Source: Calditrichota bacterium (GTDB lineage: Bacteria; Zixibacteria; MSB-5A5; GN15; FEB-12). From it: a stretch of 33,059 nt of DNA. This document shows, in pieces, positions 1-8,132 of the stretch (positions are counted from its first letter, which is position 1; each line of letters starts with the position of its first letter). Made by a program: the position numbers and the translations under genes. Below the pieces are notes generated by a model. It worked only from the letters and a program-made list of their open reading frames with translations, was not told where the DNA came from and searched no databases. Location of the stretch: positions 1 to 33,059 of the forward strand of contig QQUK01000350.1 of NCBI GenBank assembly GCA_008501655.1, given 5' to 3'.

Positions 1-60
1 TTTTCCCATCCCGACATATTGTGATGCCTGTCCGGGAAACAAGAAAACTGTTTTGCCCAT
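1..60 (-). CDS. fabD: malonyl CoA-ACP transacylase (FabD), first 20 codons only; gene continues past the left edge
   Basis: The reverse complement of 1-60 reads ATG GGC AAA ACA GTT TTC TTG TTT CCC GGA CAG GCA TCA CAA TAT GTC GGG ATG GGA AAA = MGKTVFLFPGQASQYVGMGK. This is the FLFPGQGSQ..GMG N-terminal signature of FabD. It starts 3 nt after the fabH stop, giving the classic plsX-fabH-fabD order. It is absent from the ORF track because it is open-ended. Confidence 0.7.
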   Translation of the reverse strand, partial: MGKTVFLFPGQASQYVGMGK

Positions 61-63
61 AGT

Positions 64-1050
64 TTACCACCTCATAAGTGCGGAACCCCAGATGAGTCCG
101 CCGCCGAAAGCGACCATCAAAATATAGTCGCCATCTTTTATTCTTCCCTGCTCATATGCTTCGTCTAATGCGATTGGAATCGATGCTGCTGAAGTGTTGC
201 CATATTTTTCTATATTTACAAAAACTTTGTCCATCGAAACTTTGAGTCTTTTTGCGATAGCTTCAATAATTCTGATATTTGCCTGATGGGGAATAATCAG
301 TCCAATTTGTTCAGAGTCAATTCCGGCATCTTTGACAACCCGTACTGCTGAATCACACATCTGTTTGACTGCGATTTTGAATACATCGGCACCATTCATG
401 ACAACCTTATCGGAACCATCAAATGTATATCCCTCATCAATCGGTTTTGCTGTACCGCCATCCGGAATCCAGAGGAGTTCACGGTATTTACCGTTTGAAC
501 GAAGGAATGTTGAAAGAATCCCGCTTCCATCATCCGAACCGGTTAACACAGCAGCACCGGCACCATCTCCAAAGAGAACGCAGGTGTTTCTATCTGTAAA
601 GTTCATTATTGATGTCAACTTTTCAGCACCGACAACTAATACATTTTTGTATTGACCGGTTTCAATAAATGATGCTGCAACAGAAAGTCCGTTTATAAAT
701 CCGGTACATGCTGAGACAATATCAAATGCAACAGCATTCGGTAAATCCATTTTTTCCTGAATAATACATGCTGCAGACGGTAACCGGTAATCCGGGGTGA
801 CCGTACCGCAGACGAGAAGGTCTATATCTTCGTTTTTAAGTCCGGATGATTTGATTGCGTTTTTACATGCTTCGACAGCTAAGTCGGAAACAGCTACATC
901 ATCTTCGGCGAATCTGCGTTCTTTGATACCGGTCCTTGTTCTGATCCATTCATCAGAAGTTTCGACTATTTTCTCAAAGTCGGCATTAGTCATTCGCTTG
1001 GGAGGAGTATACGACCCCGTCCCGATTATCTTGGCTCTTATTTTTCCCAT
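64..1050 (-). CDS. fabH: 3-oxoacyl-ACP synthase III (FabH)
   Basis: N-terminus KIIGTGSYTPP. Cys-His-Asn triad contexts are present: SACTGF, PHQANIRII and YGNTSAASIP. Located between plsX and fabD. The ORF track starts at a TTG (1062); the first ATG (MGKIRAKIIG) is at 1050. Confidence 0.93.
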   Translation of the reverse strand: MGKIRAKIIGTGSYTPPKRMTNADFEKIVETSDEWIRTRTGIKERRFAEDDVAVSDLAVEACKNAIKSSGLKNEDIDLLVCGTVTPDYRLPSAACIIQEKMDLPNAVAFDIVSACTGFINGLSVAASFIETGQYKNVLVVGAEKLTSIMNFTDRNTCVLFGDGAGAAVLTGSDDGSGILSTFLRSNGKYRELLWIPDGGTAKPIDEGYTFDGSDKVVMNGADVFKIAVKQMCDSAVRVVKDAGIDSEQIGLIIPHQANIRIIEAIAKRLKVSMDKVFVNIEKYGNTSAASIPIALDEAYEQGRIKDGDYILMVAFGGGLIWGSALMRW

Positions 1051-2077
1051 TACTCTGTCCAAAATGATTCGTGATCAGTTCATCATGAATCCGTTGTTTA
1101 ATTTTTTTATCCGCCATCCTGTATGCGACCTGTACCGCATTCCGTATTGCTTTAGCACTTGAAGTGCCGTGGCAGATAATGACAATCCCATTGACACCTA
1201 AAAGAGGTGCTCCCCCTGATTCCGAATAATCAAAGGTGTTGCGCATCCGTTTTAAAAACGGAAGCAAAAGCACAGCACCAAAACGGGAGAAAATATTAGT
1301 CTGTATCTGGCGCTGCATTTTTTTAACAAGCATCGGTTTGATTGATTCGGCAAATTTTAAAAGTATGTTTCCGGTGAATCCGTCGGTAACAACAACATCA
1401 ACGGTTCCGGCTAAGACATCACGTCCCTCGACATTTCCCACAAAATTGATTTTAGAGTCATTCAACTGTTTAAGTGCCGAGAAGATAAGGTCGTTCCCTT
1501 TGGAACGCTCTTCGCTTATGGAAAGCAGTCCGACTCGCGGGTATTCATTTTTGAATACTACCGAAGCGTAGACGGAACCCATTACGGCGAATTGTGAAAG
1601 GTGTTGCGGCTTGCAGTCAGCATTGGCACCGACGTCTAAGACGACCGTCGGGCGTTCGGATGATGTCGGGAATACTGCGGTGATTGCCGGTCTGGAGACT
1701 CCTTCGATTCGTCCAAGTGTCAAAAGCGATGTTGCCATCACGGCACCGGTGTTACCCGGTGAAATGAATGCAATGGCATCATTGCTTTTGACCTGCCTGA
1801 GTCCGACTGCAATCGAGCTTTTGCGCATACGCACACCGTCGGTTGCGGTCATCGTCATCGGGACAACATCTTCAGCGTCTATAATCGAGATATTCGAGGG
1901 AACGTTTTCCTCTTTGGAAAGAATTTCCTCGATCTCTTTTTGACGGCCGACAAAAGCAATATGTACCGAATCTCCGATATTCGTTGCTGCAGCCAATCCA
2001 CCTCTAATGATTTCGGCTTTGCCGGAATCAGCACCCATTACATCGAGTACTATTTTATGTACAGAAGCAGCTGTCAT
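986..2077 (-). CDS. plsX: phosphate:acyl-ACP acyltransferase PlsX
   Basis: 363-aa ORF with KIVLDVMGADSG near the N-terminus and the CHGTSSAKAIRNAV motif typical of PlsX. Located directly downstream of rpmF. The last ~28 codons are a polar tail that overlaps fabH out of frame (see findings). Confidence 0.9.
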   Translation of the reverse strand: MTAASVHKIVLDVMGADSGKAEIIRGGLAAATNIGDSVHIAFVGRQKEIEEILSKEENVPSNISIIDAEDVVPMTMTATDGVRMRKSSIAVGLRQVKSNDAIAFISPGNTGAVMATSLLTLGRIEGVSRPAITAVFPTSSERPTVVLDVGANADCKPQHLSQFAVMGSVYASVVFKNEYPRVGLLSISEERSKGNDLIFSALKQLNDSKINFVGNVEGRDVLAGTVDVVVTDGFTGNILLKFAESIKPMLVKKMQRQIQTNIFSRFGAVLLLPFLKRMRNTFDYSESGGAPLLGVNGIVIICHGTSSAKAIRNAVQVAYRMADKKIKQRIHDELITNHFGQSNGKNKSQDNRDGVVYSSQAND

Positions 2078-2118
2078 ATCAGGATTTATTTGTATCCTTC
2101 GAAAGTTCGGTTAATATC

Positions 2119-2301
2119 TTATACTTCTTTTACGCTAATCATTTGTCTGCCGTTGTAATAACCGCAATGTGTGCAGATATGATGCGGTAATTTCGGCTGG
2201 TGACAGTGTGAACATTCACCTACATTCGGGACGGCAAGTTTCCAATTGGTTCTGCGTTTGCGTCCGCGGGTGCGGGAATGTCTTCGCTTTGGAAGAGGCA
2301 T
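2119..2301 (-). CDS. rpmF: 50S ribosomal protein L32
   Basis: 60 aa: MPLPKRRHSRTRGRKRR... with CSHC...CTHC zinc-ribbon cysteines. Its ATG overlaps the yceD stop (TAATG). Confidence 0.95.
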   Translation of the reverse strand: MPLPKRRHSRTRGRKRRTNWKLAVPNVGECSHCHQPKLPHHICTHCGYYNGRQMISVKEV

Positions 2302-2843
2302 TATCGTTGTTCCTTATGTTCAGTTGCCGATCCGGACAGTTTTTTTAAACCTTCCCATCTCGGATCGATTGTTTCTTTTACACAATTACATGATTCTTCG
2401 TTCATATTTATACCACAGGTCTGACATAGACCTAAACAGTCATTGGAGCAGATTGGTTTCAAATCAACGGCTAAAATTATTGCCTGTCTGACGATTTCAG
2501 ATATATCCGCCTGGATATCGGACCCGGTGAAAAAGACATAATCCTCATCATCCGGATGATCTCCCGCTTTTTCTTCATGGGTAACCTGGGAGCATGCGAT
2601 AAAATCGGTATCCTGATTCACCGCAAGGTCAAAATCAGTCAGACAACGGCTGCATTCGGTCGATACGACCGCATTGACCAAAGCCTGACAGAAATATTCC
2701 TCACCTGATTTCTGAATACGGACATCAGCCGAAACATTGATGACTTTGTTTAGTCCTTGATAATCAAGGGCTAACGTCTCCGGGTCACCGGTCACGGTTG
2801 TTTGTGCCGGGAAAATATCAAATTGACGCATATCTAATATCAT
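2301..2843 (-). CDS. yceD: YceD/DUF177 family protein (ribosomal large-subunit accumulation protein)
   Basis: 180 aa, acidic, with the C-terminal Cys cluster CSNDCLGLCQTCGINMNEESCNC typical of DUF177. Conserved position immediately upstream of rpmF-plsX. An alternative ATG lies at 2831. Confidence 0.85.
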   Translation of the reverse strand: MILDMRQFDIFPAQTTVTGDPETLALDYQGLNKVINVSADVRIQKSGEEYFCQALVNAVVSTECSRCLTDFDLAVNQDTDFIACSQVTHEEKAGDHPDDEDYVFFTGSDIQADISEIVRQAIILAVDLKPICSNDCLGLCQTCGINMNEESCNCVKETIDPRWEGLKKLSGSATEHKEQR

Positions 2844-2851
2844 AGCCTCAA

Positions 2852-2880
2852 ATAATATGGAAAAGAGTCGAAAATGTCAA
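2852..2880 (-). promoter_or_regulatory. sigma70-type promoter for yceD-rpmF-plsX-fabHD
   Basis: The minus strand reads TTGACA (2880-2875), 17 nt, TATTAT (2857-2852), then 8 nt (TTGAGGCT), then ATG at 2843. Confidence 0.5.
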
Positions 2881-2993
2881 GCGGAAAGGGCTTATTTAAA
2901 CGATTGAGGGGCAATTAGTTAGGTGAAGTTTTTCACATAGGTCGGGATTTGGGGGAAATTGGGATTTTTAGCTGGTTAAAAGTTATATTGTAG

Positions 2994-3018
2994 GGCAGAA
3001 CCCTTTAGCGGTTCTGCC
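2994..3018. repeat. GC-rich palindromic hairpin (REP-like), possibly the terminator of the upstream minus-strand gene
   Basis: 9-bp perfect stem GGCAGAACC / GGTTCTGCC with 7-nt loop CTTTAGC. It lies 27 nt downstream of the 3045 stop, in otherwise AT-rich spacer. No clean T-run follows on either strand. Confidence 0.55.
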
Positions 3019-3044
3019 AGCCCAGTTCTGTAAAATAGTAGGTT

Positions 3045-3974
3045 TTAATGAGCCATCAACTGCTTCACAAATAATTTATCACAATTACTTCCTAAACAAA
3101 AGTCATAAGTAATTATGACAAATTCAGGAATAGCCAGCCCATTTTCTACCTGTGGTTGAAACTTCCACTTTGGAAGTATCTCTAATAAGTTATCAGCAAA
3201 AAACCAATCTTTTGGTTCTTCTTTGACTATGATATATTGAAAATCATATTCACTATCATGTTTGGAAATGTGATATGTTATAATTCTCTCATCTCTTGAA
3301 TTAATTAAATTATCCGGGAACGAAGATAACAATCCATATTCATTCACATAGACTAATATTGAAACCTTCCCTTCTTTGCCGGCATCCAGTGCAACCATCG
3401 GATATTCAGGATCTATTTTTCTTAAAACTTTAAATTCAAGGTCATTATTTATTCGATCATTCTGCTCAAAGAAATCAGTTTCTACTAATTTGGGTAAATA
3501 TAAACCTAACTCATCTCCTTCGATTGGTGAATATGATATAACATCGGCAAACTGCACTTGACTTTGGTATGAAACAACAGATTGTTGAATCTGTAGATGA
3601 TTTATATTCGGAATGTAACTTTCCTCAACAATCTTATATCCATTGTAACCGGCAAACCCTTCATGATCTTTATATGGAGTCCAAAGTGCTAATGATGTTT
3701 TTGCAGGTAAAATTGTATCTGTCGGTTTGGTCGATTCATTGATTACAATCTCACTTCGATTCAATTCATTTTCGTTTTCCGTTTGATTTAGTTTATAGGA
3801 ATACGCCCACCAACTAAAAGCTCCCGATAGTACAAGAAGAAATATCCATCCACATACAAATTTTCTTTGGTAAGCGACACGTTGAGCAAATCCATATCTG
3901 CTTGGATAGTCTTCAGCATTTATCCATGATTTAAAACAATAAACAAATTTGAGAATTTGAATTGATTTCATCAT
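3045..3974 (-). CDS. membrane-anchored protein with TonB C-terminal-like domain, function unknown
   Basis: One N-terminal TM segment (GWIFLLVLSGAFSWWAYSY). The C-terminal region PEYPMVALDAGKEGKVSILVYVNEYGLL ... KFQPQVENGLAIPEFVIITYDF resembles the TonB_C pattern (P.YP..A...G.EG.V.v.f.V...G.v ... F.P....G.pv). The ORF track starts at TTG 4001; the first ATGs (MMKSIQ) are at 3974/3971. No ExbB/ExbD genes are nearby. Confidence 0.5.
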   Translation of the reverse strand: MMKSIQILKFVYCFKSWINAEDYPSRYGFAQRVAYQRKFVCGWIFLLVLSGAFSWWAYSYKLNQTENENELNRSEIVINESTKPTDTILPAKTSLALWTPYKDHEGFAGYNGYKIVEESYIPNINHLQIQQSVVSYQSQVQFADVISYSPIEGDELGLYLPKLVETDFFEQNDRINNDLEFKVLRKIDPEYPMVALDAGKEGKVSILVYVNEYGLLSSFPDNLINSRDERIITYHISKHDSEYDFQYIIVKEEPKDWFFADNLLEILPKWKFQPQVENGLAIPEFVIITYDFCLGSNCDKLFVKQLMAH

Positions 3975-4063
3975 TATCACTTTCAATACAAAAATTAGCA
4001 ATAGTATAGAACTATTTTACAGTTCGCCCATTTGTTGCATTTGTCATGATGATTTCTATATAT

Positions 4064-4092
4064 AATTTAAGAATCTTAAGAAGATACGTCAA
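4064..4092 (-). promoter_or_regulatory. candidate sigma70-type promoter for the TonB-C-like gene
   Basis: The minus strand reads TTGACG (4092-4087), 17 nt, TAAATT (4069-4064), about 90 nt upstream of the ATG at 3974. Confidence 0.25.
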
Positions 4093-4122
4093 GGTTTAAA
4101 TTGGTGATTATACTACCCATCA

Positions 4123-4953
4123 CTACTGCGTCCGGAATCGTGAACTTAATAACACTCCGACTATAATCAAAACAATCCCCAAAAGTGCCAGCAAGCCGAT
4201 ATATTCCCCAAAGAAAAAGTAACCGATCAACACCGCATAGACCGAACCGAGGTAATTGAAGTTGCTGACATTGGATGCTTTCTCAAGCTGATATGCTTTT
4301 GTCATATATATCTGGGCAACCGTCGTGGCAAGTCCGATGGCAATTAATATCATCCATTCAATCGCATTCGGAGTTACCCAATGGAAGGCAGTGTAAATAC
4401 CAATCACCGGTACAGTGACAAGCGGGAAATACAACACTACTACCAGCGGGTCATCGGTTGATTTCAGTTTGCGGATAAAGTTATAAGCAAAGCCGGAACA
4501 GACCGCCGCTGAAACACCGATGACTAAATCTGCTATTGAAACACGCGGGTCGAATCCTTTGATCATCACCACCCCGGTAAACGAAACAAGAAAAAAGAGA
4601 TACTGAATCGGTCGCGGTGATTCTTTGAGCATGAACCCGGCGATGATGATCGTAAAAATTGGTGAGAGATATTGTATTGTGACCGCGGATGCGAGTGGCA
4701 TCTCATGAATCGTGTAGAAGTACATCATCAGTCCAGCGGTTCCGAAGATACCTCGGAATATCAGGTCCCGTTTATTGTTACCCCACGGATGAATCTTTTT
4801 TTGAACGAGCATGATATAACAGACAACCAGCGAAACCAAAGCGCGGAAAAATACAATTTCGTAGGCAGGGATGTTGTGAATATATTTCACCCCGACGTTC
4901 ATCAGCGTGAAAAACAGTCCGGCGATAAGTATATATTGTATCCCTTTGGTCAT
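4123..4953 (-). CDS. EamA/DMT-superfamily transporter
   Basis: About 10 predicted TM helices in two homologous halves. The sequence style (LIAGLFFTLMNVGVKY..., ...AVTIQYLSPIFTIIIAGFMLKE...) is typical of EamA repeats. The ORF track starts at TTG 4989; the first ATG (MTKGIQYIL) is at 4953. Confidence 0.8.
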   Translation of the reverse strand: MTKGIQYILIAGLFFTLMNVGVKYIHNIPAYEIVFFRALVSLVVCYIMLVQKKIHPWGNNKRDLIFRGIFGTAGLMMYFYTIHEMPLASAVTIQYLSPIFTIIIAGFMLKESPRPIQYLFFLVSFTGVVMIKGFDPRVSIADLVIGVSAAVCSGFAYNFIRKLKSTDDPLVVVLYFPLVTVPVIGIYTAFHWVTPNAIEWMILIAIGLATTVAQIYMTKAYQLEKASNVSNFNYLGSVYAVLIGYFFFGEYIGLLALLGIVLIIVGVLLSSRFRTQ

Positions 4954-5025
4954 GGAGGGTAATGTTTGAAAGATTGAAGGGAATGTCAAGGAAGGAATGG
5001 AAATGCACGTTATCTTCTCACTCCT

Positions 5026-5043
5026 CCCCTGCGGAGGCAGGGG
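5026..5043. repeat. GC-rich hairpin (REP-like)
   Basis: 7-bp stem CCCCTGC / GCAGGGG with loop GGAG. It has the same CCCTGC-N4-GCAGGG architecture as 6201-6218. Confidence 0.5.
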
Positions 5044-5060
5044 TCTCCGATATTGTGAGC

Positions 5061-5080
5061 GGCAGACGCCCTCGTCTGCC
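5061..5080. repeat. GC-rich hairpin (REP-like)
   Basis: 8-bp stem GGCAGACG / CGTCTGCC with loop CCCT. The arms GGCAGA...TCTGCC are shared with 2994-3018. The flank CCTTGTA is the inverse of the TGTAGG flank at 2990. Confidence 0.5.
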
Positions 5081-5140
5081 CCTTGTATTTCATACTTATC
5101 AAAATGAAGTAGAGCAATCTATAATAACAGATAAGAGAGG

Positions 5141-5161
5141 GCAGGATGCCTGCAATTTTTT
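5141..5161 (+). terminator. weak terminator-like hairpin plus T-run on the plus strand (no plus-strand gene upstream)
   Basis: Stem GCAGG (5141-5145) / CCTGC (5149-5153), 3-nt loop, then AATTTTTT (T-run 5156-5161). The stem is only 5 bp, so this is a weak call. Confidence 0.2.
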
Positions 5162-5196
5162 CCTATAAGTTTTATTTAAACGATTCAACATACCAC

Positions 5197-6063
5197 TTAT
5201 ACCTTACTAATAGAAAGCTCCAATGTTTTGGCACTGCTCAAGGATAAATTGTTTGATACATTCGCACTAACTGTAATATTGTTTTCCATTATCGCTCTAC
5301 GACATTTTTCAAACGCTTCATTGCGAATCTTCCCTAATTCGACCTGTCTATCAAACATATCGATCCAAAAGAACACTTCGAGTTCTACATACTGTGCCTG
5401 AAATGCTGAAAACATCACACCCGGTTTTGGATCTATCAGAATATTTTCAACACCTTTAACTGTTTCAAGCAGTAACATTCTGACATTTTCAGAGTTATCC
5501 GAATAATCAATACCTATTTTAAACGACAACCTTCTGAGACCATCTTTTGTAAAATTGATAATCGGTTTACTGAATATTTCGGAGCTTGGAATAAAAATAT
5601 CCCGACCGTCGGCAGCCCTAATGTGTGTCGAACGAAGTTCGATATTTTTCACAATCCCCTGAAATTCTCCTGATTGAATAAGACTTCCGATTTCGAACGG
5701 TCGGCTGAAAGCAAGGAAAAAACCGGCAAGCAGGTTCTCACCTATTTCCCGGAATGCAAAACCTAGTACAACAGCGGTTATTCCTCCTCCGGCAACCAGA
5801 CTTGTAGCCAGACTTTTGAGTCCGAGAATATTTAATGCAATGATGAGACCGATAATCATCATTACCCACCGGGTGATGCCTCGGAAGAAATTCTGATGAA
5901 TGAGATTAAACTTACCTCTGGCAAGGAGTTTCATGATACCCTTACTAATAAATTTACTGATAAAGATGGTTACAATAAACACAACCAATGCAATTACTAA
6001 CCGTGGTAACAATCGCACTAAAGCTTCCCATTCCTGACCGAAACTTTCCAACAAGATTTCCAT
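5197..6063 (-). CDS. small-conductance mechanosensitive channel (MscS family)
   Basis: 288 aa. N-terminal TM helices are followed by the MscS pore/beta-domain signature: GFAFREIGENLLAGFFLAFSRPFEIGSLIQSGEFQGIVKNIELRSTHIRAADGRDIFIPSSEIF. AGAGAGGA Shine-Dalgarno lies upstream of the ATG. Confidence 0.88.
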   Translation of the reverse strand: MEILLESFGQEWEALVRLLPRLVIALVVFIVTIFISKFISKGIMKLLARGKFNLIHQNFFRGITRWVMMIIGLIIALNILGLKSLATSLVAGGGITAVVLGFAFREIGENLLAGFFLAFSRPFEIGSLIQSGEFQGIVKNIELRSTHIRAADGRDIFIPSSEIFSKPIINFTKDGLRRLSFKIGIDYSDNSENVRMLLLETVKGVENILIDPKPGVMFSAFQAQYVELEVFFWIDMFDRQVELGKIRNEAFEKCRRAIMENNITVSANVSNNLSLSSAKTLELSISKV

Positions 6064-6145
6064 ATTTCAATCCTCTCTTTTGTTATTTTCTTTATATAAA
6101 AAAGTAGAGAATATTTTATTCTTATACAATCATAATCGGAAATCT

Positions 6146-6183
6146 AAAAAAATAATAAAAGCGAAGCCGTTGCTGACTTCGCT
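6146..6183 (-). terminator. Rho-independent terminator of the atp operon (potentially bidirectional)
   Basis: Stem AGCGAAG (6160-6166) / CTTCGCT (6177-6183) with a 10-nt loop. On the minus strand it is followed by TTTTATTATTTTTTT (6159-6146). On the plus strand it is followed by T5 (6083-style A/T flanks pair, the typical bidirectional layout). Confidence 0.65.
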
Positions 6184-6200
6184 TTTTGATTTATATGAGA

Positions 6201-6218
6201 TCCCTGCCTGCGCAGGGA
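6201..6218. repeat. GC-rich hairpin (REP-like)
   Basis: 7-bp stem TCCCTGC / GCAGGGA with loop CTGC, located between the atpC stop and the terminator. Confidence 0.5.
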
Positions 6219-6237
6219 TGGGGTATCGTAATATGCG

Positions 6238-6261
6238 GTGTCAGGAACCCTTTCCTGACAC
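6238..6261. repeat. GC-rich hairpin (REP-like)
   Basis: 9-bp stem GTGTCAGGA / TCCTGACAC with loop ACCCTT, beginning 8 nt downstream of the atpC stop. It shares the 9-mer GAACCCTTT with the 2994-3018 hairpin. Confidence 0.55.
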
Positions 6262-6268
6262 AATAAAC

Positions 6269-6679
6269 CTAATGTTTCTCTTTGGCAATCCTAATCCGGT
6301 TCTTGGCGCGTTCCAAAGCTGCCTTCTCGGCATCCAAATCAAACTCCAAAGAACCATCGAGAACTTTTTTGATATTTCCCTCGGCGAGAGCTTTAGCTTT
6401 TTCCGCACGCTCGATATCAATCTCGGTAGCAAATTCAGCCGCTTCGCAGAGAATCGTTGCGACGTTTTTGGATACCTCGATAAAACCGTTTGTCACCGAA
6501 AGAAAATGTACTTTTTCCTCAACATCACGAATCTCGACCCGTCCCGGTTTGAGTGCTGATATCAGCGGTGCGTGATTGGAAAGCACGCCGAGATATCCCT
6601 CGGTTCCGGGGACGACCAGAGACTGGATATCCTCTTCGAAAAAGACCTGTTCCGGTGTTACAATTGAAAGTCTAAACAT
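6269..6679 (-). CDS. atpC: F1 ATP synthase epsilon subunit
   Basis: 136 aa. The beta-sandwich N-terminus (IVTPEQVFFEEDIQSLVVPGTEGYLGVLSNHAPLIS) plus a helical C-terminus is typical of epsilon. It is the last gene of the atp operon. Confidence 0.93.
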   Translation of the reverse strand: MFRLSIVTPEQVFFEEDIQSLVVPGTEGYLGVLSNHAPLISALKPGRVEIRDVEEKVHFLSVTNGFIEVSKNVATILCEAAEFATEIDIERAEKAKALAEGNIKKVLDGSLEFDLDAEKAALERAKNRIRIAKEKH

Positions 6680-6686
6680 ATCTCAA

Positions 6687-8108
<1,422 letters not shown>

Positions 8109-8132
8109 TTATATACAATCATTTTTTTCAAT

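Noticed and set aside
2892-2905. 14-mer TTATTTAAACGATT repeated at 2892-2905 and 5172-5185, both in spacers
   Set aside because: The sequence is AT-rich and short. At this length roughly one or more chance matches is expected in a 33-kb AT-rich window. The flanking sequence and the distance to downstream promoter elements are not conserved.
2945-2963. G-tracts GGG-ATTT-GGGGG-AAATT-GGG as a possible G-quadruplex
   Set aside because: Only three closely spaced G-runs are present. The nearest fourth run is about 30 nt away, so the canonical G3+N1-7 x4 pattern is not met.
4002-4122. Checked this and the other spacers (2844-3044, 13497-13806, 18260-18328, 30600-30868, 31730-31940) for tRNA/ncRNA genes, CRISPR repeats and IS ends
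   Set aside because: I saw no cloverleaf-compatible arms or T-loop GTTCRA motif, no regularly spaced direct repeats, and no terminal inverted repeats or transposase or integrase fragments.
4962-5168. 68-aa plus-strand ORF spanning the MscS-EamA spacer
   Set aside because: Its sequence (…SPAEAGVSDIVSGRRPRLPL…) is simply the translation of the GC-rich hairpins. It overlaps the EamA 5' end and has no ribosome-binding site.
6080-6559. 159-aa plus-strand ORF antisense to atpC and the atp terminator region
   Set aside because: It runs opposite a well-supported conserved gene. Its N-terminal part is translated from terminator and REP-like hairpins (IPACAGMGYRNMRCQEPFPDT). It has no recognisable motifs or ribosome-binding site.
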